A stretch of DNA of 64,000 nucleotides, taken from contig CAVPCR010000004.1 of NCBI GenBank assembly GCA_963702435.1, positions 320,001 to 384,000 on the forward strand. The letters are read 5' to 3'. The position numbers were made by a program, and so were the translations under genes. This DNA comes from Candidatus Eiseniibacteriota bacterium. Lineage in GTDB: Bacteria > Eisenbacteria > RBG-16-71-46 > CAVPCR01. Positions 29,796-44,314 of this stretch are shown here, one piece after another (position 1 is the first letter of the stretch; every line of letters begins with the position of its first letter). Below the pieces are notes generated by a model. That model did no database searches and was not told the DNA's origin. It saw only the letters and a program-made list of their open reading frames with translations.

Positions 29796-30959
29796 ATGAC
29801 CCTCATCCGCAACAAGGAAGATCGTCTTTTCGTGCGTCACGGGCGACGCCATCACCGGCCCCGGCACTCCATGACCGAGGTCCGGATCGGCGCCGCGATC
29901 GTCCTCGTCCTCGGCCTGATCGCGGGCTGGATCGCGTGGAAGGGCGCTCATCCCGACCCTGCGCTCTTCGATGTGTCGGCCACCCTCCTGCCCTCGCCCG
30001 CGCCCGCCACCGATCGCGGACCGCTGCCCGAGGGGCTCGCCGGACCCGGGTGGAGCGCCGGCCGCATCTCCCGGTTCGACGCTTCGAACCTCTACGAGAA
30101 GATCAACGGCCGCGAGGACTTCTACAAGGCGCTGGGATTCGAGCATCTCACCTTCCAGTCCCTGGCCAGCGATGAGGATCCCGCCGTCACCGTCGACATC
30201 GAGCTCTTCGATCTGGGCTCGGCGCCGAATGCGATCGGCGCCTTCGCCGGCGAACGCTCCGCCGAGGCCCCGGCGGTGATCGCCGAGGGCGGGCTCGTGC
30301 AGCTCGCCCGCAACGCGCTCATCATGACGCGAGGCCGCTACTATGCGCGGGCGATCGGATCCGAGGAGTCGCCGCGCATCATGACTCAGCTCGAGCACGT
30401 GAAACGGGCCCTGGCCTCCGGGTTGCCGGCCGAGGAGCTGCCCTGGGCTTACGCGCTCTTCGTGGGCGAGCTCGGGATCGATCCGGGCCGGATCTCGTTC
30501 ACACCGGAGAACGCCTACTCGCTCGGGTTCGCGCGCAACGTCTATGCCGCGCTCGGGGACGATCAGGAGACCGAGAGCTTCGTCATTGCGACTCCCGACC
30601 CGGCGGCGGCCCGGTCGCTTGCAGCGCGCTTCGCGGCCGGCTTTCTCGAGCTGGGGACCGCCGCCGGCACCAGGGCGGGGGTCGCGTGGGTCAAGGATCG
30701 CTACATCGGCGCGATTGCGGGCGCCCGGGCCGAGCGGGCGTTCGTGGTCGGGGTCCACGGGGCCCCGGATGTCGACAGCGCCGCGCGCGCCCTGGGGCAG
30801 GTCGTCGCCGCGATCGGTCGCCTTCCGGCGGCCGAGCTCGAGCGCATCGCCGGCGAGGCCGCAGCGCCATCCGCGGCCGCCGGGGCCGCCGCGGCCGCCG
30901 CGGGCCGGGAGCCGACCACATCCGCAACAGGCGACGCCGAGTCGCCGAGCGAGTACTGA
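29796..30959 (+). CDS. DUF6599-like membrane-anchored protein
   Basis: One TM helix; [29 protein letters not shown] pattern; directly upstream of the DUF362 gene. Confidence 0.65.
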   Translation: MTLIRNKEDRLFVRHGRRHHRPRHSMTEVRIGAAIVLVLGLIAGWIAWKGAHPDPALFDVSATLLPSPAPATDRGPLPEGLAGPGWSAGRISRFDASNLYEKINGREDFYKALGFEHLTFQSLASDEDPAVTVDIELFDLGSAPNAIGAFAGERSAEAPAVIAEGGLVQLARNALIMTRGRYYARAIGSEESPRIMTQLEHVKRALASGLPAEELPWAYALFVGELGIDPGRISFTPENAYSLGFARNVYAALGDDQETESFVIATPDPAAARSLAARFAAGFLELGTAAGTRAGVAWVKDRYIGAIAGARAERAFVVGVHGAPDVDSAARALGQVVAAIGRLPAAELERIAGEAAAPSAAAGAAAAAAGREPTTSATGDAESPSEY

Positions 30960-30961
30960 GC

Positions 30962-32046
30962 ATGAGCCGCGAAACGGAACCGCAGCCCGCTCCGGCCGGC
31001 AGCGCGGAGCACGGCGTTCCCGAGATGATCGGCCCCGATCACGGTGGCTCCCGCCGGCGCTTCCTCAGGCAGGTGGGGACCATCGCCGGGCTCACCGCCG
31101 CCGCGGGCTGGGCGGCGCTCGCGCCCGCGGACTGGCCGCTCTCGCTCCGGGATCCCGACGGCGAGCGCGGGAAGCCGCGCAATCCGACGATCCGCCTCCC
31201 CGCGGGTGGATTCGCCGTGGAGGCCGCGGCGGCGTCGGCGGTCCTCGGCGTGGCGCGCGGCAGTGACATCCCGGCCATGGTCCGCGGTGCGGTGGATGCG
31301 ATCGGCGGCATCGCGCGCTTCGTGGTGCGAGGCGATGTCGTCGTCATCAAGCCCAACGTGGCCTTCGAGCGACCGCCGATCCTGGGGGCTACCTCGAGCC
31401 CCGAGGTGGTGAGCGCTCTCGTCCACCTGGTGCGCGAGGCCGGCGCCAAGGAAGTGCGCGTCGTCGACAATCCGATCGAGTCGCCGGAGAGCTGCTTCGT
31501 GCGCAGCGGCATCCAGCGCGCGGCGGTGGAGGCCGGGGCGCGCGTCTATCTGCCGGCGAGCGCCGACTTCGAGCTCCTGAACGTCCCGGGCGCCACCTGG
31601 ATCACGGAGTGGCCCTTCTTCTGGCGGCCCTTCCGCGATGCGACCAAGGTGATCGGGGTCGCGCCGGTCAAGGACCACAACCTGTGCCGGGCCTCGATGA
31701 CCACCAAGAACTGGTACGGGTTGCTCGGCGGCCGGCGCAACCAGTTCCATCAGGACATCCACGGCATCATCGCCGACCTCGCGCTCATGATGCGCCCGAC
31801 CTTCGTCGTGCTCGACGGCACGCGTGTCCTCTACAAGAGCGGCCCCACCGGCGGCAGCCTGAACGACGTGCGCCTGGGCGAGACGATCGTCGCCGCCACC
31901 GACTCCCTGGCCTGCGACGCCTTCGGCTGGGACCAGCTCCTCGAGCGATCGGGGGAGGACCTTCCCGCCTACTTCGCCCAGGCCGCCGCGCGCGGCCTCG
32001 GGACTCCCGACTGGCGCACCGTGCCCCGCAAGGAAGTGCAGGTGGG

Positions 32047-32050
<4 letters not shown>
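30962..32050 (+). CDS. DUF362 domain protein with Tat signal
   Basis: SRRRFLRQ twin-arginine motif; [26 protein letters not shown]. Confidence 0.88.
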
Positions 32051-33790
<1,740 letters not shown>

Positions 33791-33882
33791 GTGATGTGCG
33801 GCCGGGACGTGTCCTGGACTCGATGTGAATCGGACCGCGGCGGCCGGGCGGCACCGCGGCGAACCTCAGGAAAGGAAATCCG

Positions 33883-35104
<1,222 letters not shown>

Positions 35105-35174
35105 CGGCAAAGCGGTACGGCGGATCGCCGGGTGCCGCGCTCGGTTCCGGCGAGTTCCGCCTCCGGCCGCGCGG

Positions 35175-35183
35175 TGGTATAAT
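35175..35183 (+). promoter_or_regulatory. Extended -10 promoter upstream of asnA
   Basis: TGgTATAAT, about 210 bp before the start codon. Confidence 0.55.
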
Positions 35184-35391
35184 TCGCCGGTTTCGCGCCG
35201 CCGCGCCGGCCTCGAGCCGGGTGCGGCGGGACGCGGCCCGAGTGGTGGGAGGAACGGCGAGACGGCGGGTAGGGGCCACGCGAGATGCTCTTCCGGTGCC
35301 TGGCGCGCATGACCGCGCCAGCCCCGAGGAGTGCCCTTCCTGATCGGCTCCCTGGACGGATCTTGGGGAGGTTGAACGATGGCTGGATACG

Positions 35392-36522
35392 ATGGCAGAC
35401 AAGAAGGCGGACCTGGCCGGTCCCGGCATCTCGACCTACGAAGAAGTCGAGAAGATACTGCCGAGCGATTACCGATCGCTCCTGAGTCCCAAGGACACGC
35501 AGAAGGCGATCACGGCGCTCCGGCGGTACATCGAGGACGGCTTGTGCAAGGAGCTGAACCTCTTCCGCATCGAAGTGCCGCTCATCGTGAGCCGCGAGAG
35601 CGGGGTCAACGACTACCTCGACCGCGACGGCTCGCGGACGCCGATCGAGTTCCCGGCGGGGCTCGGGCTGCCGAAGCGCATCGACGCCCAGGTCGTGCAG
35701 GCGGCCACCAAGTGGAAGCGGATGGCGCTCAAGCAGTTCCAGTGCGATGTCGGCGAGGGCGTGCTCACCGACATGCGCGCGGTGCGGAAGGACTACTTCC
35801 TCGACCACGACCACAGCTCGTACGTGGATCAGTGGGACTGGGAGAAGGTCATCACCGCCGACATGCGCACGCTCGATAACCTCAAGGACACCGTGCGCCG
35901 GATCTGGAAGGTGATCAAGGGCGCCGAGACCTTCATCCTCAAGGAGTTCCCGAAGCTCCGCGATCCGCGCTTCCCCGAGCTGCCGGAGGAGCTCAAGTTC
36001 CTGCACGCCGAGGAGATCCTCGATATCTATCCCGATCTGCCGCGGAAGCAGCGGGAGACCAAGATCGTCTCGGAGAAGTACCCGGCGATCTTCATCATCG
36101 GCATCGGCTGGGTGCTCCAGGACGGCTACCCGCACGAGATGCGCGCCGCCGACTACGACGACTGGGTCACCCCGACCAAGCAGTGGACGGGCAAGGAAAC
36201 GCACGGTCTGAACGGCGACATCCTGGTCTGGAACCCGGTCACCAAGCGGCGCCACGAGCTGACCTCGATGGGGATCCGGGTCACCAAGGAGACCTTGAAG
36301 CAGCAGCTCGAGATCTCGGGGCAGCTCGACTTCCTGAAGCTCCCCTATCACCAGGCGATCATGAACGACCAGATCCCGCTCTCGATCGGCGGCGGCATCG
36401 GTCAGTCGCGGACTCTCATGCTGCTGCTCCGCAAGGCCCATCTCGGTGAAATCAGCGTCACCATCTGGCCGAAGCAGCTCAAGGACATCTGCGCCAAGAA
36501 GAACATCCACGTTCTCGAGTAG
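35392..36522 (+). CDS. asnA: Aspartate--ammonia ligase
   Basis: VVQAATKWKR, HSSYVDQWDWEK, RAADYDDW, LNGDIL, SIGGGIGQSR. Confidence 0.95.
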   Translation: MADKKADLAGPGISTYEEVEKILPSDYRSLLSPKDTQKAITALRRYIEDGLCKELNLFRIEVPLIVSRESGVNDYLDRDGSRTPIEFPAGLGLPKRIDAQVVQAATKWKRMALKQFQCDVGEGVLTDMRAVRKDYFLDHDHSSYVDQWDWEKVITADMRTLDNLKDTVRRIWKVIKGAETFILKEFPKLRDPRFPELPEELKFLHAEEILDIYPDLPRKQRETKIVSEKYPAIFIIGIGWVLQDGYPHEMRAADYDDWVTPTKQWTGKETHGLNGDILVWNPVTKRRHELTSMGIRVTKETLKQQLEISGQLDFLKLPYHQAIMNDQIPLSIGGGIGQSRTLMLLLRKAHLGEISVTIWPKQLKDICAKKNIHVLE

Positions 36523-36542
36523 GGAGCGAAGCGTCCGCTGAC

Positions 36543-36586
36543 GAGACCGGGGAGGGGACTCGCTCAAGTCCGCTCCCCGGTTTCTC
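36543..36586 (+). terminator. Intrinsic terminator after asnA
   Basis: GAGACCGGGGAGgGGACT-loop-AGTCCgCTCCCCGGTTTC followed by pyrimidines. Confidence 0.7.
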
Positions 36587-36610
36587 GTTCCGGGCCAGGC
36601 GGTGTTGTGA

Positions 36611-37543
36611 GTGATGACGAGTCCTCCTCCGGAGGCACGCGAGATCGATCCCGGGAAGTCGGGCGGCCCGCTCCACGCCCGGCTTGGCGAGCGACTCGTC
36701 ACGCTCGCCCATCTCGTCCGCTTCTCGCACTCGGTGTTCGCGTTGCCCTTCGCGCTCGCGAGCGCCGCCTGCGCCGCCGCCTTCACCCCGCTCACCGGGA
36801 GGCGACTCGCCTGGATCATCGTGGCCATGGTCGCGGCGCGCACCGCCGCCATGGCCTGGAACCGGCTGGTGGACGAGGAGATCGACGCTGCGAATCCGCG
36901 CACGCGGGATCGTGAGCTCCCGTCCGGCAAGGTGACCCCGGCCGCCGTCCTCGCGCTCGTCATCGCCGCGACCGGCGTCTTCATCCTGGCGGCGGCCGCT
37001 CTCGGTCCCTTGCCCCTTCTCCTCACCCCGGTCGCGATCCTCATCCTCTTCGGCTATTCCTTCACCAAGCGCTTCACCTGGGCGAGCCAGCTCGCGCTCG
37101 GCCTCGCCCTCGCCGGCGCCCCGCTCGGGGCCTGGATCGCGGTGACCGGCGGCCTGGCCATGGCACCGCTCCTCCTCGGGGCGGCGGTCTTGACCTGGGT
37201 CGCCGGTTTCGACACGATCTACGCGTGCCAGGACGTGGCCTTCGATCGCGCGCACGGGCTCCACTCGTTGCCGGCGCGCTTCGGGGTCGCGACCGCGCTC
37301 CGGATCGCGCGCGCGCTGCACGTGGCGGCGGTCGTCGGGTTCGTCCTCTTCGGGCTCACGCTCGAGCGCGGGAACTTCTACTGGCTGGGCGTGGCCGTGG
37401 TCGCGGCGACGCTCGTCTACGAGCATCGGCTGGTCAAGGCCGACGATCTCTCGCGGGTGAATCGCGCCTTCTTCGACCTGAACGGCATCGTGAGCCTGGT
37501 CTTTCTCGCCGCGGTCCTTGCCGACCGCCCGTGGATGCGATGA
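36611..37543 (+). CDS. ubiA: UbiA-like polyprenyltransferase (MqnP-type)
   Basis: HSVFALPFA, NRLVDEEIDAANPRT, YSFTKRF, DTIYACQD, AFFDLNG. Confidence 0.92.
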   Translation: MMTSPPPEAREIDPGKSGGPLHARLGERLVTLAHLVRFSHSVFALPFALASAACAAAFTPLTGRRLAWIIVAMVAARTAAMAWNRLVDEEIDAANPRTRDRELPSGKVTPAAVLALVIAATGVFILAAAALGPLPLLLTPVAILILFGYSFTKRFTWASQLALGLALAGAPLGAWIAVTGGLAMAPLLLGAAVLTWVAGFDTIYACQDVAFDRAHGLHSLPARFGVATALRIARALHVAAVVGFVLFGLTLERGNFYWLGVAVVAATLVYEHRLVKADDLSRVNRAFFDLNGIVSLVFLAAVLADRPWMR

Positions 37544-38196
37544 GCGAACTTCCAGCCAGCAGCGCAGACCAGACCGCGCGCCCGGCGCCGGGCGGAGCCC
37601 GCGTCGTGGTCGCGCTCACCGGCGCGAGCGGCGCGATCTACGGACTCCGCCTCCTCCGCTTCCTGCTCACGAGCGGAGTGCGGGTCGAGGCGATCGTCTC
37701 GCCGTCGGGGCAACGGGTGCTGCGGGAGGAGGCGGACCACCAGGGCGAGCCGCTCGGCGAGTACCTGGCCCGCCTCTATCCGGGCGATCGCGGGGCGCTT
37801 CTTGCCGGGTCGCTCGTCGTGCACCACTGGGGCGACATCGGAGCGCCGCTCGCGTCGGGCTCGGTCAAGACCGCGGGCATGATCGTTGCGCCCTGCTCGA
37901 TGGGTACCCTCTCCGGGATCGTGTGCGGGCGCGCCGCGAACCTGATCGAGCGGGCCGCCGACGTCACCCTCAAGGAGGGGCGGCCGCTCATCCTCGTGCC
38001 GCGCGAGACGCCGCTCAACCGCATCCACGTCGAGAACATGCTGCGCGCGATCGATGCCGGCATCCGTCTGGTGCCCGCCATGCCCGCCTTCTACTACGGA
38101 CCGCGGACGCTGGAGGACCTCGCCGACTTCGTGGTGGCGCGGGCGGTCGCCTTCCTCGGCCTCGAGTCCCAGCTCTACCGGCCGTGGGCCGATTAG
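37540..38196 (+). CDS. ubiX: Flavin prenyltransferase
   Basis: TGASGAIYG, ASGS, PCSMGTL, RAADVTLKEGRPLILVPRETP; ATGA overlap with ubiA. Confidence 0.94.
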   Translation: MSELPASSADQTARPAPGGARVVVALTGASGAIYGLRLLRFLLTSGVRVEAIVSPSGQRVLREEADHQGEPLGEYLARLYPGDRGALLAGSLVVHHWGDIGAPLASGSVKTAGMIVAPCSMGTLSGIVCGRAANLIERAADVTLKEGRPLILVPRETPLNRIHVENMLRAIDAGIRLVPAMPAFYYGPRTLEDLADFVVARAVAFLGLESQLYRPWAD

Positions 38197-38221
38197 CGGG
38201 CCCGGTCCGCCTGCCGCCGCC

Positions 38222-38929
38222 ATGGACACGTTGATCACACGCGAGGAAGTCGGCGCCATGTTCGACGCGGTGGCGCCGCGCTACGACCTCCTGAACCGCG
38301 TGCTCAGCCTCGGCATCGATCGCCGCTGGCGGCGGGACGCGGTGCGCGCCCTCGGACTCCGGCCGGGCGATCTCCTCGTTGATATCTGCGGTGGCACGGG
38401 AGATCTTGCGCTGGAGGCGGTGCGCCGGGTGCCCGGCGTGCGCACCGTGAACCTGGATCTCTCGCCGCTCATGCTCCGCCGGTTTGCGGCGCGGACGGCG
38501 GGCGCGAACGGCGGTGCAACAGCCGGGCCGGCGGTGGTCGGCGACGCCATGGAGCTCCCGCTCCGGAGCGGGGCGGCGGCGGCCGCCATCGTCGGCTTCG
38601 GTATCCGCAACGTGCCGGACCGCCGGCGGGCGCTCGTCGAGATGCATCGCCTCCTCGCCCCGGGGGGGCGACTCGTCGTGCTCGAGTTCGCGCTGCCCGC
38701 GCCGGCGATTCGCGGACCTTATCTCCTCTACCTGCGCCACGTGATGCCGCGGGTGGCCGCGCTCCTCTCGCCCTCGCCCGATGCCTATCGTTACCTCGGC
38801 GATTCGATCGCGGCTTTCCCGGCCCCGGCCGCCTTCGCCGGACTCATCGCGGGCGCCGGATTCGCCCAGGTGAGCTTCGAACCGCTCACCTTCGGTATCG
38901 CGGTGCGCTACCTCGCCATCAGGACATGA
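38222..38929 (+). CDS. menG: Demethylmenaquinone methyltransferase (UbiE/MenG)
   Basis: MFDAVAPRYDLLNRVLSLGIDRRWR, DICGGTGD, FGIRNV, AYRYL..SI. Confidence 0.9.
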   Translation: MDTLITREEVGAMFDAVAPRYDLLNRVLSLGIDRRWRRDAVRALGLRPGDLLVDICGGTGDLALEAVRRVPGVRTVNLDLSPLMLRRFAARTAGANGGATAGPAVVGDAMELPLRSGAAAAAIVGFGIRNVPDRRRALVEMHRLLAPGGRLVVLEFALPAPAIRGPYLLYLRHVMPRVAALLSPSPDAYRYLGDSIAAFPAPAAFAGLIAGAGFAQVSFEPLTFGIAVRYLAIRT

Positions 38930-41382
38930 CCAGAAAACAGACGATCCTCCTCCTCGTTCTCGCCGGCGGCCTCCTCGGCCGGCCGCTGCCCGCGCCGGCG
39001 GATTACCTCGTACGGCCGTTCGCCATGCTCGGCGTGGACGGCGGCACGCATGCATTCCAGGCCACGCCCGAGGGCTGGCTGCGTTCGGGAGCGGCGACCC
39101 TCGCGCTCTCTCTCGACGGCGTCCCGCTCGCGCCCTGGGAGTGGAGCGCGACCGGGCCTGGTGCGGCCCGCACGGTCGTGCGGAGCGCGAGCGGCACGCT
39201 CGCGGTCGAGGCTGCGGCGGTGCGCCGCCCCGGCCTCCGCGCCGAGGTCGAATTCCGCGGCTCCGCCGGGAATCAGGACACGGTGCGAGCGCATGTCGAG
39301 CAGCCCGTTCTCATCGCGCGCCTCCGCTTCGAGCCGGCCGCCGGTGCGCCGTCGCCCGCGCGTCTCGTCGTCCGCCTGGCGGCGGATTGCGGGCAGAACC
39401 AGGCGGTCGCGCTCCACGACGGCCTGGTGCGGCGCCGCCTGACGCCCGCGCGTCCGGCCGCGACCTGGGCGAGCGGTGGCGGCCGCCACGGGATCGCGGT
39501 TGCCGATTCGCTCGTGCTCCTCGTGAGCGCGGCGCCGGATTCGGACGGCGCAGGCATCCTGGTCGCGGGCGATCCGGTCCCCGAAGTGCGCGCGATGATC
39601 TACCGCCCAGCCGGCGCCTTCGAGCTCGAGCTGCGCATGCCCTACTTTCCGCTGCCCGTCGCGGAACCTCGGTCGCCCTCCGCCGCTTCCGGCGACAGCC
39701 CGCAGCTTTCCGCACTGGCCGCCGGTGACGGCGCCGAGCTCATCGCCGGCGCCGGTCGCGGCTGGCGGGAGCGACTGGATGCAGGCGCGCATCTCGCGCT
39801 CCCCGAATCGCTCGTCGTCGAGACGGCGCTCGCCTCGCTCTACCACCTGCTCGGCGGCTCGGTCGTGGCGGCGGGGGATCGTGCGGTCATTCTCGGCGCC
39901 CCCTTCCTCTATCGCGAGTTCTACATGCGCGACGCCGCGTACCTGGTCGTGGCGCTGGACCAGTTCGGCTTTCACAGCGAAGCGCGCCTCGGGCTCGAGA
40001 CCATGTTCACCCATCAGGGCGCGGACGGCGAGTTCCTGAGCCACACCGAGCAGCACGACGGCAACGGGCTCGCGCTGTGGGCGCTCGGCGAGCACGTGGC
40101 CCTGACCCGCGACCGCGCCTTCGCGGCGGCGGCGCTCCCGCGCGTCGAGCGGTCGGTGGGCTGGTTCCGGAAGGCGATCGCCCCGTACCAGGGCGCCGTT
40201 CCCGGCATGCGCGGCGAATGGGACCGGGACTTCCCCGGCATCCTTCCCGCGACCATCATGAAGGACAACGAGCAGGTCGTTTCCGCGCACATCGTCGGTC
40301 ACAATCTGTGGGCGAGCGCCGGGCTCGGGGGCGCGATCGAGGTGGCGCGCGTCGCCGGAGCCGCCGATTCGGTGCGCGCCTGGCAGAAGCTCGCGGCTAC
40401 CTTCCGCAGCGATCTCGATCGCTACCTGACGGCGCTCCAGCGGCGCACGAGCGGGCTCGTCGCCGCCACCTTCGAGGGGACCGGCGCCCAGGCGGGCTAC
40501 GGCCAGCCGTCGTCCTCGCGCGGTGGGCTCGACTGGGGCAACCTCGAGATCGTGTATCCGACCGGAGTGTGGCGCGGCGACGATCCGCGGCTGCGAACGA
40601 GTCTCGATCTATGGAGCGAACGGCTCGTGAACGGACTCTATCCCTACCCGCTCGACTTCAATCAGAACCTCTTGCATCACTACCTGCCGGTGGGACTCGG
40701 CCACGGGCTCCTCGCTGCCGGCGGCGACGCCGACCGCGAGCATCTGTTCTCCATCCTCTACGACGGGCTCATCGGACACACGACGGCCACCGGCGGCGGC
40801 GCCGAGCTCATCAACACGTACACGCGCGACGTCTGGCCCGTGGACAACATCCCGCCGCACAACACCTTCTCCTCGCGTTATCTCATGCTCGTGCGCGATC
40901 TCCTGGCGAGCGCCTGGGGCGACACGCTGCTCGTGGGTCCCGGGTTCTCCCCGGCCTGGATCGTGCCGGGCGGCCGCGTCGCGCTCTCCGCGACGGCGAC
41001 GCGCTTCGGCTGGGTGGATCTCGAGGTGGATGTGCGCGCGAAGGCGGACTCGACGGCGACGCTCGCGCTCAGGACGTCGATCGCCGCCGCGCCGCCGGCG
41101 CGTTATCTTGCGCCGCGGCCCGAGCTCCCGGCGCCGGCGACGGCGCTCGCGTGCGACGGCCGGGCCTCGTCGCCGGCCGCCGTCGTCTTCCGCGCGCCGC
41201 TCGGCTACCGGATCGCGGCCGTGCGCGGCGCGACCGGGGCGAAGGCGGGCACGATCCGCGACGGCGGGCGCCAGGTGGTGCTCCCGCCCGCAGCGGCCGC
41301 CGCCGGCGTCGAGATCGAGCTCCGCGGGGCGAGCGATCCCGGCGTGAGCGCGGGCGCGGCGCGGGCGCGGGTCGGGCAGTAA
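38926..41382 (+). CDS. Secreted (alpha/alpha)6-barrel glycoside hydrolase-like protein
   Basis: Signal peptide; YREFYMRDAAY, EQHDGNGLALW, HNLWA..G, PPH patterns typical of six-hairpin glycosidases. Confidence 0.6.
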   Translation: MTRKQTILLLVLAGGLLGRPLPAPADYLVRPFAMLGVDGGTHAFQATPEGWLRSGAATLALSLDGVPLAPWEWSATGPGAARTVVRSASGTLAVEAAAVRRPGLRAEVEFRGSAGNQDTVRAHVEQPVLIARLRFEPAAGAPSPARLVVRLAADCGQNQAVALHDGLVRRRLTPARPAATWASGGGRHGIAVADSLVLLVSAAPDSDGAGILVAGDPVPEVRAMIYRPAGAFELELRMPYFPLPVAEPRSPSAASGDSPQLSALAAGDGAELIAGAGRGWRERLDAGAHLALPESLVVETALASLYHLLGGSVVAAGDRAVILGAPFLYREFYMRDAAYLVVALDQFGFHSEARLGLETMFTHQGADGEFLSHTEQHDGNGLALWALGEHVALTRDRAFAAAALPRVERSVGWFRKAIAPYQGAVPGMRGEWDRDFPGILPATIMKDNEQVVSAHIVGHNLWASAGLGGAIEVARVAGAADSVRAWQKLAATFRSDLDRYLTALQRRTSGLVAATFEGTGAQAGYGQPSSSRGGLDWGNLEIVYPTGVWRGDDPRLRTSLDLWSERLVNGLYPYPLDFNQNLLHHYLPVGLGHGLLAAGGDADREHLFSILYDGLIGHTTATGGGAELINTYTRDVWPVDNIPPHNTFSSRYLMLVRDLLASAWGDTLLVGPGFSPAWIVPGGRVALSATATRFGWVDLEVDVRAKADSTATLALRTSIAAAPPARYLAPRPELPAPATALACDGRASSPAAVVFRAPLGYRIAAVRGATGAKAGTIRDGGRQVVLPPAAAAAGVEIELRGASDPGVSAGAARARVGQ

Positions 41383-41519
41383 GACGGCGTGGGCCGATCC
41401 CGCCGTTGGCTCCGGCGCAGGCGACTTGCTACAGTGGGGCTCCGGCAGTCATCAGTCATCCGGAATGGGGGCGCCGCCCGGCGCCCGGATCCCCCCTCGA
41501 TCGAACGAAGGTCAGGCCC

Positions 41520-43400
<1,881 letters not shown>

Positions 43401-43415
<15 letters not shown>

Positions 43416-43445
43416 GGCGAGGGCACGCAGGGCGAGGGCAAGGAG
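43401..43445 (+). repeat. Three degenerate 15-bp tandem repeats spanning the yitJ stop codon
   Basis: ctcgagggcacgtag / ggcgagggcacgcag / ggcgagggcaaggag. Confidence 0.75.
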
Positions 43446-43504
43446 GGGGACGGGCGGGGGCCGGCGCTGGGCCGGCCGGTGGCCAGCGTGATAGATTCGG
43501 AGCG

Positions 43505-43735
43505 ATGATTCCACGTGATACGAGCCCGGAGGCCTGGGCGGTTCAGCTCGAGGTGTACCGGCGCCTGAGCGGGGCGCAGCGGCTCGAGATCGCCTTTGAC
43601 ATGAGCCAGTTCGTGCGCCAGCTGACCCTGGCCGCACTCCGCCGCGAGCACCCGGACTGGGCCGAGCGAGATCTCAAGCTCGAGCTCTTGCGCCGGTTGT
43701 ATCCGTCCTGCTCCTTACCCGGCGTCCTGCCTTGA
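43505..43735 (+). CDS. Small helical hypothetical protein, partner of the downstream nucleotidyltransferase
   Basis: 76 aa, DTSPEA..Q....RRLSGAQRL..REHP; 4-bp overlap with the next gene. Confidence 0.7.
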   Translation: MIPRDTSPEAWAVQLEVYRRLSGAQRLEIAFDMSQFVRQLTLAALRREHPDWAERDLKLELLRRLYPSCSLPGVLP

Positions 43736-44295
43736 CAGCTGCGGATGTCCTCAGGCGGATCGTCGTTGCGCTCGAGCAAGCGCAGGTGCCCTACATGATC
43801 ACCGGCTCCTTCGCGAGCGCCTACTACGGAGCACCGCGCAGCAGCCAGGATATCGATCTGGTCATTGCTCCTCGAGTCGACCAGATACCCGAGTTCCTCC
43901 GGCTCCTTCCTCCGGCCGAGTACTACGCCGACCCCGAGGCGGCGACCGACGCCATCAGGCGCGGTTCGCAGTTCAACGTGATCGACCTCGAGACCGGCTG
44001 GAAGATCGATTTCATTGCGCGCAAGGCCCGCCCGTTCAGTCGGGAGGAATTCGCCCGTCGCGTGATGGTCGACCTCGAGGGTGTTCGGCTGTTCATGACG
44101 ACAGCCGAGGACATAGCCGTCGCCAAGCTGGAATGGGCGAAGCTAGGCTCTTCGCGGCGCCAGCTGGAAGATGTGGCCGGAATCCTCCGCGTGCGCAGGG
44201 CGCTGGATCGCGGCTACATCGAGCGCTGGGTCCGCGAGCTCGGGCTGGAAGGCGAGTGGCAAGCTGCGCGCTCGCTAGCCGGCGAAGAGGGGTGA
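43732..44295 (+). CDS. Nucleotidyltransferase-fold protein (DUF6036-like)
   Basis: YMITGSFA...R.SQDIDL (G-S..DxD), KIDF, AEDIAVAKL. Confidence 0.75.
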   Translation: MTAADVLRRIVVALEQAQVPYMITGSFASAYYGAPRSSQDIDLVIAPRVDQIPEFLRLLPPAEYYADPEAATDAIRRGSQFNVIDLETGWKIDFIARKARPFSREEFARRVMVDLEGVRLFMTTAEDIAVAKLEWAKLGSSRRQLEDVAGILRVRRALDRGYIERWVRELGLEGEWQAARSLAGEEG

Positions 44296-44314
44296 CGAGA
44301 GCCGCCTACTCCCG

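Noticed and set aside
41383..41519. SAM riboswitch expected upstream of yitJ
   Set aside because: No SAM-I core motifs are visible; only an extended -10-like TGcTACAGT.
40077..41519. N-terminal extensions in the ORF track (yitJ from 40077, the BNR protein from 47566, HDOD from 44822, mqnA from 17601)
   Set aside because: These extensions overlap other real genes and carry no domain signal; the true starts are downstream.
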